Shown here in pieces: positions 56,129-63,500 of a DNA stretch of 64,000 nucleotides. Under the pieces are notes generated by a model, which was given only the letters and a program-made list of their open reading frames with translations, had not been told where the DNA came from and made no database searches. Location: positions 1-64,000 of the IMG/VR virus record IMGVR_UViG_2695421015_000001. One strand, 5' to 3'. Numbering within the stretch: the stretch's first letter is position 1; each line of letters begins with the position of its first letter. Both the position numbers and the translations under genes were made by a program. This DNA comes from a virus (taxonomy: Duplodnaviria; Caudoviricetes).

Positions 56129-57271
56129 TCAGATGTGGCAGTCGACGACGGCGAGGCAGGTATCGTCCGGCAGGCCGTCGATCAGGTCAGAGAACTGCTG
56201 GTCCCATGTGTCAGCGTCCTTCTCGTCGGAGACGCAGCCCCACCAGCCCATCGAGCCGCGCTCGTACCACTGACCGTCCTTGACGACGGCGAAGGTCTGC
56301 AACGCGCGGCGTCGCGCCCGGAGGGCAACGTCCTCCGGCGACATGCGGAACATCTTGAGGTCAGCATCGCTGTCGAAGAACGAGAGCATCTCGGCGGCCT
56401 TGAGGTCGACGATCACCGGCTGCGAGTGGAAGGCCTTGCGCACAGGTTCCCATCGATCGCCGCCGGCGGTGACGACGGCGTTATCCGTCGGCATCGCCTC
56501 GAAGCGGGCGCGAACCTCCTCCCACGTCTCGAACGGGCGACCGGCAATGATCGCTGCCGCCTTGGCGTGGGTTTCCAGTGTGGACTTCTCGGCCTCGTCG
56601 CGCATGGCGTCGAAGTCGATCTGGCGCTTGCGGGCGACGTCGCAGTAGCCGACCCGTTCCGGCTCGTTCTTGTTCGTCCATGAGCGTTCGCCCATCTGGA
56701 CGCCGTCGATCAGCGCCTTGGTGCTGTCGGGGATCGGAAGGCGTCGCTCGGTCAGGACCTGGACGTGACGCATGGCCTCGCAGACGTCGCCGCGCAGGCG
56801 GATCATGTCGCTCCACCGGCCGCCGATCTGCCACCAGTCCCATTTCTTTTTCGGGTTGGTCTTGTTGAAGAACCGGTCATCCCGCTCGAATGCGCCGAAA
56901 TAGTCCGTGGCGCACTCGGCCATGGTCTTGTAGCCGACGCCGTGCTTGCGCGCTTCATCAGCCGCCATCTCCTGCTCGACCGCGCCGGCCGGAAGTTCGA
57001 ACTCCTTGCGGGTGTCCCAGCTTGCCTTCTTCTCCGGCTCCTTCGTATAGAACCGCTGATCGTACCGACTGTGGACGCTGCCGTCCGCCAGCACGACGAC
57101 CTGCCTCGGTTTGTTGAACTCCTCCTTGACCTCGTCGGTGACGTCGACGTCGATGACGTATTGGTCATCGGTGCCGGTGCACTCGTACTCGTGCCACGGC
57201 TGGAGGATCGGGGTGAGGGTTTCCCGATCGAGCGCCTTGTCCGAGATAACGAGAACGGTGAAGTGACTCAT
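56129..57271 (-). CDS. Trp-rich hypothetical phage protein
   Basis: MSHFTVLVI...NPKKKWDWWQIGGRW...AVVKDGQWYERGSMGWWG...VVDCHI. Confidence 0.85.
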   Translation of the reverse strand: MSHFTVLVISDKALDRETLTPILQPWHEYECTGTDDQYVIDVDVTDEVKEEFNKPRQVVVLADGSVHSRYDQRFYTKEPEKKASWDTRKEFELPAGAVEQEMAADEARKHGVGYKTMAECATDYFGAFERDDRFFNKTNPKKKWDWWQIGGRWSDMIRLRGDVCEAMRHVQVLTERRLPIPDSTKALIDGVQMGERSWTNKNEPERVGYCDVARKRQIDFDAMRDEAEKSTLETHAKAAAIIAGRPFETWEEVRARFEAMPTDNAVVTAGGDRWEPVRKAFHSQPVIVDLKAAEMLSFFDSDADLKMFRMSPEDVALRARRRALQTFAVVKDGQWYERGSMGWWGCVSDEKDADTWDQQFSDLIDGLPDDTCLAVVDCHI

Positions 57272-57316
57272 AGTGGTGGTCTCCTTGGTCGATTGAGGAC
57301 TGCGATCCTCGTGGCG

Positions 57317-57368
57317 CGATGCGGAAGTGCATCGTGGAGCGCCGCGTGCGGCGCTCGTCGATGAACTC
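57317..57368 (-). promoter_or_regulatory. structured leader type 2, copy A
   Basis: Identical 19-mer GATGCGGAAGTGCATCGTG plus variable hairpin. Confidence 0.7.
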
Positions 57369-57588
57369 AAGCATGGTAGGAGGTGAAGCAGGTCTTGCTG
57401 CAGAACAGTCCGGGGTGGGTGAACTTGCGGCCGCCGTCGGTCTCGGTGGAGTACCGAAACATGGTGTTCTTGTCGGCGGTCTTGCCGCGATACGATCCGC
57501 ACCAGTCGCAGGAGTGCGCTGGAGCGAGGACGCTTTCGCGGTGAAGTTCTTGCCGCGCGAAGGGATCGCGGGAGATCAGGCGGGTCAT
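57367..57588 (-). CDS. zinc-finger-like hypothetical protein
   Basis: CDWCG...FCSKTC..YH. Confidence 0.7.
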   Translation of the reverse strand: MTRLISRDPFARQELHRESVLAPAHSCDWCGSYRGKTADKNTMFRYSTETDGGRKFTHPGLFCSKTCFTSYHA

Positions 57589-57821
57589 TGGCCCCTCCCT
57601 TCGCGATTGAGGCGGGCGACCTCGCGGCGGTAAACGGAGATGCCGGACTCGGGCATCGACAGCTTCGCGCCGCTCGGCGTCGGCAGGTATCCGACATAGC
57701 CGCGCATGTTGAACCAAAGCTGGTCCACGATCTTGCCGTTGAGGATCACGTCGTAGCGCTTCGTGGTCTCCAGCATCTGGCAACCGCGGCGCGTCTCTTT
57801 CAGTTCAAGCTTGAATGGCAT
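57585..57821 (-). CDS. hypothetical phage protein
   Basis: Leader module at 57852. Confidence 0.7.
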   Translation of the reverse strand: MPFKLELKETRRGCQMLETTKRYDVILNGKIVDQLWFNMRGYVGYLPTPSGAKLSMPESGISVYRREVARLNREGRGQ

Positions 57822-57895
57822 GGTTGGTCTCCTTGGTTTGAAAACGAAAGAGCGCGCTCGCTGCGAACGGCGCGCCCGTCGGGGATGGGTTGGTT

Positions 57896-58198
57896 TCAGC
57901 TATGGGTGTAGCCGTCGGGCTCGATGCCGAGCCACATGCCCCATCGGTGGATCATGATGCAGCCGTAGCCGCCGTGCACGGTCTTGCGGAAATTCCGGTA
58001 CTGGATCGACGGCACCTTGACGACGCGATGGGGATTGCGGACCGCGAAGTCAGCGAACTTTTCGGCGTCGTAAGGGTGGCCCTCGAAGTGGCGACGATCT
58101 TGCTCCTGCAGCCGGATCGTCGGTGTCAGCCAGCTTGGGAAGTCGCGGAGGAAGATTCGGAACAGCGCCTCGCGCTGCGCTCGGGTGGTGACGATCAT
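57896..58198 (-). CDS. hypothetical phage protein
   Basis: TRAQREAL...W.GMWLGIEPDGYTHS; leader module at 58218. Confidence 0.75.
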   Translation of the reverse strand: MIVTTRAQREALFRIFLRDFPSWLTPTIRLQEQDRRHFEGHPYDAEKFADFAVRNPHRVVKVPSIQYRNFRKTVHGGYGCIMIHRWGMWLGIEPDGYTHS

Positions 58199-58240
58199 GG
58201 TGGTGGTCTCCTTGAATGCCGTCTGCGAAACGGCGGTGGG

Positions 58241-58591
58241 TTAGTGGTTGATGGTCTCGGAAGCGTCCAGCACTTCCAGCACCTTGGCGGCGCCGATCTG
58301 GTCGATCTTGGTGGCGACGAGCATCTCGGCCGCCTCGCGGTCGGTCAGCTTGGCGTGATGGCCTTTCGCCACCATGTAGCGGACCTTCACGTCATTGAGC
58401 CGGCCGAACACCATGCCGGAGGCATAGTGCGTGAGGGTGTCGGCCTCCTTGCCGAGACGGCTTTGCTGCAACACGAACTTGACCTTGCGGTCGCCGATCG
58501 TGAGCCATGCGACGCGCCCGGTGCGTTCGGACAGCGTGATCTTATGGCCCCGGGGGCGTTTCCCCGGCACCTTGAAGGTGATGGTTGGCAT
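58241..58591 (-). CDS. hypothetical phage protein
   Basis: RBS GAGGG; LTHYASG. Confidence 0.7.
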   Translation of the reverse strand: MPTITFKVPGKRPRGHKITLSERTGRVAWLTIGDRKVKFVLQQSRLGKEADTLTHYASGMVFGRLNDVKVRYMVAKGHHAKLTDREAAEMLVATKIDQIGAAKVLEVLDASETINH

Positions 58592-58602
58592 GGTGCATTC
58601 CC

Positions 58603-59085
58603 TCAAAAGCCGCTGGCGAGTTGATGGGCTTCGGCGTCGGTCTTGCCGTCAAGTTTGTGCTTGGCGTAGGAGCGTTGCCATTTGACCCAGCTGCGGAGTT
58701 CGGCCGCCTCCGCCTCCTTGCAAGCAGACGCGAACACGAACAGCTCGTCGTCACGGCGCGGCTCCCACGCGCTTTGCGCGGCGAACATGCGGACCTTGGA
58801 GATCGCATCGCTCATGGTCATTGGCCTGGAGCCGAGCCCGTTCATCCACAGCGTCTTGCCGTGATGCTCGGTCGCCTTGCCGGGCTCGATGATCTGGTAG
58901 CACCACTCGCCGACCGGGCTCGCGGCCACGATCAGGGTGAGGCCCCATCGGAACTCGATGTGCGGCGCCTGCGCATTGCACAGGAAGTCGATCTTGTTCG
59001 AGAGGTCGAGTTTGGCCTCGTTCTTGTTCGGGCCTTCGCCGACGACGCAGCCGCGGCTTGTTGTGACGGTCTTGGGTTTACGCAT
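58603..59085 (-). CDS. hypothetical phage protein
   Basis: Leader module at 59103. Confidence 0.75.
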   Translation of the reverse strand: MRKPKTVTTSRGCVVGEGPNKNEAKLDLSNKIDFLCNAQAPHIEFRWGLTLIVAASPVGEWCYQIIEPGKATEHHGKTLWMNGLGSRPMTMSDAISKVRMFAAQSAWEPRRDDELFVFASACKEAEAAELRSWVKWQRSYAKHKLDGKTDAEAHQLASGF

Positions 59086-59128
59086 GGTGGTCTCCTTGTG
59101 ATGCGCTCGCTGCGAACGAGCGCGGGTT

Positions 59129-59668
59129 TCAGATGATCGAGCCGTAGCCTTTGCAGTCCGGACACTTGTCCCAGACCGGCGTGATGCCGTCGTCGCCTTT
59201 GCAGGTCTCGATGCCGTTGGATGCGACGTTGCCGAAATGCGTGGCGCAGGTCGGGCAGCCGTGGGTGTCGTTCCAGATCGTGGTCGCCTCGTCCTCGACG
59301 GCGATCAGCGCCGCGCCGTAAGCTTCGGCAGCCTGCTTGGGCGTCTCGAACTTTTCGTCGAGCAGGTCGATGACGTGGGTGGTAGTGGTCTGATCGACGC
59401 CTTCGACGATCGACGTCACTGACAGGGCGGTGAAGAAAGATCCTTCGACGGACAAATCCTCGCCCCACACCCAGCTGCCGGGGTTATCCTCACCGGCATA
59501 GAGCAGCGCGCCGACCGACGCGCCGCAGTCGGTGTACTTGTAGGCTTTGCGGGCGAGCTGCCCGACGTTGTCGGCGTCGTTCGCCTCAAGGATGGCGCGA
59601 AGGTTCTCTTGCGCGGCTTGCCCCATGGCTTTGAGCTCTTCGCCGCGTTCGTATTCGATTTCGTTCAT
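59129..59668 (-). CDS. hypothetical protein with DnaJ-like CxxCxGxG end
   Basis: YKYTDCGA...CPTC...CPDCKGYG; RBS AAGGAGTCC. Confidence 0.75.
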   Translation of the reverse strand: MNEIEYERGEELKAMGQAAQENLRAILEANDADNVGQLARKAYKYTDCGASVGALLYAGEDNPGSWVWGEDLSVEGSFFTALSVTSIVEGVDQTTTTHVIDLLDEKFETPKQAAEAYGAALIAVEDEATTIWNDTHGCPTCATHFGNVASNGIETCKGDDGITPVWDKCPDCKGYGSII

Positions 59669-59677
59669 GGTGGACTC

Positions 59678-60012
59678 CTTGGTTTGCCGATTGACGGCGG
59701 GCATGGGTGAATGAACCCGGGGCAGGCCCCCGGGGGCGGGGCAATAGAACCGGGGCAGGCCCGGGGGCAGGCCTAGAACCCGGGCAGGGAATAGAGGCCC
59801 GGGGGCAGGCCCGGGCAGGGGCAGGGAATAGAGGCCCGGGCAGGGGCAGGGGCCTAGGAACCGGGGCAGGGGCAGGCCCCTAGGCCCGGGCAGGCCCCTA
59901 GGCCATAGGCCCGGGCAGGCCCGGGGGGCAGGAATAGGGCCGAAACGGCCCTATTAGAACCCAAGCCCGAAACCAAACGAGGAGCGCCGCATAGCCCCTT
60001 GCGCGCGGCGAC
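59678..60012 (+). repeat. G-rich TC-free tract 2 (six GGGCAGGG plus shared hairpin)
   Basis: GGGCAGGG at 59782, 59813, 59819, 59838, 59844 and 59864; ATAGGGCCGAAACGGCCCTATT at 59934-59955. Confidence 0.85.
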
Positions 60013-60412
60013 TCGAGATGCGGTCGCGGATCGATCCGGCGTCGGCGAGGCCGCGCTCATGCAAATCGGTCAGCGTCTTGAGCGCGTCGGCGCGCGCCCG
60101 GGTGACGTAGACGGTCAGGGTCCGCTTGACGTGCGGCCCGAGTCCGACGGTCACGACCTGGCCCTCGGCGTTCACGCCATAGGTCCGCGCCTGCGCTCCC
60201 GTCCGGTGGCGGCTGCCGGGGTTGCGAATGTGCAGCGTGGTGACGACCCATCCGAAGCGCTCGGTCTCGTACAGGGTCAGGGTGTGCAGCACGTCGAACG
60301 GCTGCGGCTTGCGCCAGTCGTATTTCTTGGGGTGCTTCGGATATGCGGTGTCGGTCTCCTTGAGGCCGAAGGGCAGGGCGGGCTTGGTCGGCTTGCCGGT
60401 GGGGAACTTCAT
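59954..60412 (-). CDS. hypothetical phage protein
   Basis: Leader module at 60448. Confidence 0.75.
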   Translation of the reverse strand: MKFPTGKPTKPALPFGLKETDTAYPKHPKKYDWRKPQPFDVLHTLTLYETERFGWVVTTLHIRNPGSRHRTGAQARTYGVNAEGQVVTVGLGPHVKRTLTVYVTRARADALKTLTDLHERGLADAGSIRDRISSRRAQGAMRRSSFGFGLGF

Positions 60413-60567
60413 GGGTGGTCTCCTTGCGATGAATGTTGAAATGGAAGGCGCGCCCCGCTGCGAACGGGGCGCGCGCTGTCAGTCTCTCCGTGTGCCCAAC
60501 GTCACCATTGGGCATTCGCTCAGCGTAGTTCTGAGGCGCGGTCTCCTGTAGAGAGGCTGAAAGGTTG

Positions 60568-60816
60568 TCAGCGCGGATCGTAGAGCGGCTTGCTGTTGGG
60601 CTTCCACTCGGCGCCCGGCCAGACGCGGCCGTTGTAACTGACGTGGGCAATGATCTTGCCGGCGTCGTCGATGATCGTGCCGCCGGTGAACGGCGCGAGA
60701 CTCGAGCCGCAACCGGCGCCGAGGTCTCCGGTGTCGATGAAGCGACGCACCCTCTCGGATGCGTCGGCGTAGCTGGCGACCTTGACGGCGCGACTGCGGG
60801 TGAGATGAACTCGCAT
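60568..60816 (-). CDS. hypothetical phage protein
   Basis: RBS GGAGGG; IAHVSYNGRVW. Confidence 0.7.
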   Translation of the reverse strand: MRVHLTRSRAVKVASYADASERVRRFIDTGDLGAGCGSSLAPFTGGTIIDDAGKIIAHVSYNGRVWPGAEWKPNSKPLYDPR

Positions 60817-60819
60817 CGG

Positions 60820-61008
60820 TCAGCCCTCCATCCCGCAAGCGCGGTAGAAGAGGCTGGGCTTGAATTTGCCATTTGCGACGGCGCATTCGATTGCGAAGCG
60901 GCGCACGGTGTCGCGCCACTGGTCGAGTTGCTTCCGATCTTGCGTGTTGGGCTTGCCCTGCTTCAGCACGGCGGCGATGAACTGGAAGTGAGATTGGCTG
61001 ATGGACAT
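60820..61008 (-). CDS. hypothetical phage protein
   Basis: RBS GGAGG; HFQFIAAVL...N.KF...FYRACG. Confidence 0.7.
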   Translation of the reverse strand: MSISQSHFQFIAAVLKQGKPNTQDRKQLDQWRDTVRRFAIECAVANGKFKPSLFYRACGMEG

Positions 61009-61019
61009 GCTCGCCTCCC

Positions 61020-61181
61020 TCACTGCACGTTGACGCGAGGATGATCGGCGAGGCCGCGCCGCGTCAGGAACTCCTGATCGACAACGTAGCGGGTGTAGGG
61101 CTGCGGGCGATCTTCGACGTATTCGCGGAAGCGGCGGAGTTCATCTTGGCGGATCAGCTTGAGGATTTGCTTGCGTGACAT
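61020..61181 (-). CDS. 53-aa protein MSRKQILKLIR... (below ORF-track cutoff)
   Basis: Leader module at 61201 with AAGGAGACCACCATG. Confidence 0.7.
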   Translation of the reverse strand: MSRKQILKLIRQDELRRFREYVEDRPQPYTRYVVDQEFLTRRGLADHPRVNVQ

Positions 61182-61248
61182 GGTGGTCTCCTTTGGTTGG
61201 GGCCGCTGCGAACGGCCGGTGAAAAACAGGTGATGGGTTTGGTCGGGA

Positions 61249-61545
61249 TCAGGCGGAGAACACGACGGTTTCGCCGTCGATGGTGTGTGGCACCTTGCGG
61301 GTGACGAGTGCGGTGGCTGCGTCCAGCGGGAGCTTCCACGTCGCTGCGACGACGTTGGCGAGGTTCTTGCGATCCTTCGGGAAGCTGGCGCCGTTGATCG
61401 CCCAAGCGATCAGGCCGGGAGCGTAGACGAACGGCGACGATTGGAGGCGATAGGTCTTGGTGGCGGGGTAGCTCTGGATGAAGGTCTTGGCGGCGCGCTT
61501 GCTGCGGGTGTCGGCGAGGACAGCGGAAATTGCAGTCTTGGACAT
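61249..61545 (-). CDS. hypothetical phage protein
   Basis: AAGGAGACCACCATG; type-2 leader. Confidence 0.75.
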   Translation of the reverse strand: MSKTAISAVLADTRSKRAAKTFIQSYPATKTYRLQSSPFVYAPGLIAWAINGASFPKDRKNLANVVAATWKLPLDAATALVTRKVPHTIDGETVVFSA

Positions 61546-61562
61546 GGTGGTCTCCTTGGACT

Positions 61563-61614
61563 GATGCGGAAGTGCATCGTGACGCGGCGACATGCGCCGC
61601 GCTGCGATGGGCTC
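61563..61614 (-). promoter_or_regulatory. structured leader type 2, copy B
   Basis: Same 19-mer plus variable hairpin, 5 nt from the RBS. Confidence 0.7.
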
Positions 61615-61617
61615 CGA

Positions 61618-61920
61618 TCAGTCGCGTACCGGCCAGCCGCGCTCGGCGGCGAGCTTCTTGGCTTGGTCGATGACATCCATCGAGGGCAGGCGTCCTTCGA
61701 GGCATACGCAGAGCGCGACGCCGGCAGCCGGCGTATGCAGGTGGCCGCGCTCTTTCGTGACGGCGACGGGCCGTGTGTCGGCGATGCCGACAACCTTCTC
61801 CTTCTCGATCACGAGAATGTCCCCGGTCTCGACCGGGTACTCGCCGTCGAAGGCGAAGTGAATGCCGGTCTGACAGGCATCGTAGGCGTCGCCGCTGGTG
61901 GGGAATGTGTGGGTGCTCAT
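61618..61920 (-). CDS. hypothetical phage protein
   Basis: AYDACQ...GDILVIEKEKVVGIADT.PVAVT...GHLH; leader module at 61943. Confidence 0.75.
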   Translation of the reverse strand: MSTHTFPTSGDAYDACQTGIHFAFDGEYPVETGDILVIEKEKVVGIADTRPVAVTKERGHLHTPAAGVALCVCLEGRLPSMDVIDQAKKLAAERGWPVRD

Positions 61921-61970
61921 GGTGACGGTCTCCTTGGGTTGACGTTCTGCGAAAACGATGGGTGAGGGGA

Positions 61971-62276
61971 TCAGACGTATTCGATGGCGACGACGACGCC
62001 GGTGGTCATGAAGATTTCGGCGGCGTGGGCGCAGGCGATCTCCATGTCGGGGACGACCTCGCCGGCGACGACCAGCTTGATCGCCTTGCGCTCGGCCATG
62101 TCGATGCCGGTGCCGATCGCGTCGAGCAGGTTGGTCGCGTAGTAGGCGCTGGTCTCGGTCTTGGCGCCCTTGAAGTTGACGATGTACTCGCCGTCGACCG
62201 ACTTGATGGTCATGCCGTGCTTGGCCAGGATCGCGCGGGCTTGGTGGATCGTGTAGTTGGTTCTGGTTCCAGCCAT
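61971..62276 (-). CDS. hypothetical phage protein
   Basis: AAGGAGACCACCATG; type-2 leader. Confidence 0.75.
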   Translation of the reverse strand: MAGTRTNYTIHQARAILAKHGMTIKSVDGEYIVNFKGAKTETSAYYATNLLDAIGTGIDMAERKAIKLVVAGEVVPDMEIACAHAAEIFMTTGVVVAIEYV

Positions 62277-62292
62277 GGTGGTCTCCTTGGGT

Positions 62293-62344
62293 GATGCGGA
62301 AGTGCATCGTGGGACGGCGACATGCGCCGTCCGTCGATGAACTC
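62293..62344 (-). promoter_or_regulatory. structured leader type 2, copy C
   Basis: Same 19-mer plus variable hairpin, 4 nt from the RBS. Confidence 0.7.
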
Positions 62345-62347
62345 GGA

Positions 62348-62563
62348 TCAGTCGATGGTCTTGAAGCCGTGGCGGGCGGCCGCCGTCACGTCGCCGGTCT
62401 TGGCCATGCCGGACAGGTGCAGGCCGAACACCGCAGTGAAGCGGCCGTCGCGATTGCAGACGACCAGCGGCATCATCTGGTCGAGGCCCGTGGTCGCGAG
62501 TGCCTTCATCAGGTTCGCTTCGGTGGCGTAGCTCTTGGCGTTGTCGATATCGAGTATGCTCAT
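62348..62563 (-). CDS. hypothetical phage protein
   Basis: KSYATEANL.KAL...GRFTAVF. Confidence 0.7.
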   Translation of the reverse strand: MSILDIDNAKSYATEANLMKALATTGLDQMMPLVVCNRDGRFTAVFGLHLSGMAKTGDVTAAARHGFKTID

Positions 62564-62574
62564 GGCGGTCACTC

Positions 62575-62643
62575 TCACTTGCCGTTGCGGTAGCGCTGGA
62601 GTTCGAGCTTGCGGATCAGGGCGATGATTTGCTTGCGTGACAT
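62575..62643 (-). CDS. 22-aa basic peptide MSRKQIIALIRKLELQRYRNGK
   Basis: Has its own full leader module at 62680; paralogous to 61020-61181. Confidence 0.6.
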   Translation of the reverse strand: MSRKQIIALIRKLELQRYRNGK

Positions 62644-62726
62644 GGTGTGGTCTCCTTGATGGTTGGTGGTGGAATGAAAAGGCCCCGCTGCGAACGGGGC
62701 CTGTCGGGGATGGGATGGGGATTGGA

Positions 62727-63092
62727 TCAGCCGCGGCCGCGACCGCACTTCATCTTGCGCTTGCCGCCCTTGGCCTTGCCCTTTGTCGAGCGATAGCCCT
62801 TGCCGCTGTCCATCTCGCTCGCCCAGATCGCGTCATCGACCCGCACATGCTGCCTTTCGATGGCGTCAAACACGCGATAGCAGGCGTCAGAGAACTCGAG
62901 GTCCAGGTCGCGCAGCCTATCGAGTGCGGCGTCCCGGGCGTCGATATCCTTGTAAGTCTCGCAGGGCATCGCCTTGATGGCGCGGGCGGCGGCGAGGGAA
63001 GCGACCTCGCCGGCCTTCGTGGCTGCGCGGAAGGCGGCGTTCATCTTGGTTTCGGCTTTCTTGGCGGTGGCAATGATGGTCTGGACGTTCAT
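62727..63092 (-). CDS. hypothetical protein with basic C-terminal tail
   Basis: Leader module at 63125; ends KGKAKGGKRKMKCGRGRG. Confidence 0.7.
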   Translation of the reverse strand: MNVQTIIATAKKAETKMNAAFRAATKAGEVASLAAARAIKAMPCETYKDIDARDAALDRLRDLDLEFSDACYRVFDAIERQHVRVDDAIWASEMDSGKGYRSTKGKAKGGKRKMKCGRGRG

Positions 63093-63167
63093 GGGTGGTC
63101 TCCTTGAGTTGCAGGCATGAAAAAGGCCCGCTGCGAATGGGGCCGGTGATGGTCGGTGGTGGTGGGG

Positions 63168-63452
63168 TCAGCGGCGCAGGCTGGCGGGTCCGCCTTTGCC
63201 CTTGGGCGCCTCGCGCCAAACGTCGGGGTACTTGGCCATGATCGCTTTCTTGTTCTGGTAGAAGCCCTCGCAGGCGACGCGAAAGAACTCGACGCCGTCG
63301 CGGCAGAAGATCACGAAGGCGGTGTCGGGGATGGACCGGAACGATCCGGCGGTGCGGTAGCAGGCGTCCTCGCCAGCCATCGGGATGCTGTCCTTCGAGG
63401 TGACGAGTCTGCCGCGGTTCCAGATTTGGCAGATGGCAGTGAACTTGCTCAT
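63168..63452 (-). CDS. hypothetical phage protein
   Basis: AAGGAGACCACCATG. Confidence 0.7.
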   Translation of the reverse strand: MSKFTAICQIWNRGRLVTSKDSIPMAGEDACYRTAGSFRSIPDTAFVIFCRDGVEFFRVACEGFYQNKKAIMAKYPDVWREAPKGKGGPASLRR

Positions 63453-63500
63453 GGTGGTCTCCTTGTGTGAGGTAGGGTGGAAGATCAGGGTGATGGTGGA

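Noticed and set aside
59854-60060. ORF through the G-rich tract (LGACPG repeats)
   Set aside because: Low-complexity translation of a DNA repeat; no RBS; overlaps a better gene.
61561-61620. Hammerhead ribozyme from the plus-strand CTGATG word
   Set aside because: Lacks CUGAnGA and the GAAA core, and the CTG start is not conserved in the other two copies.
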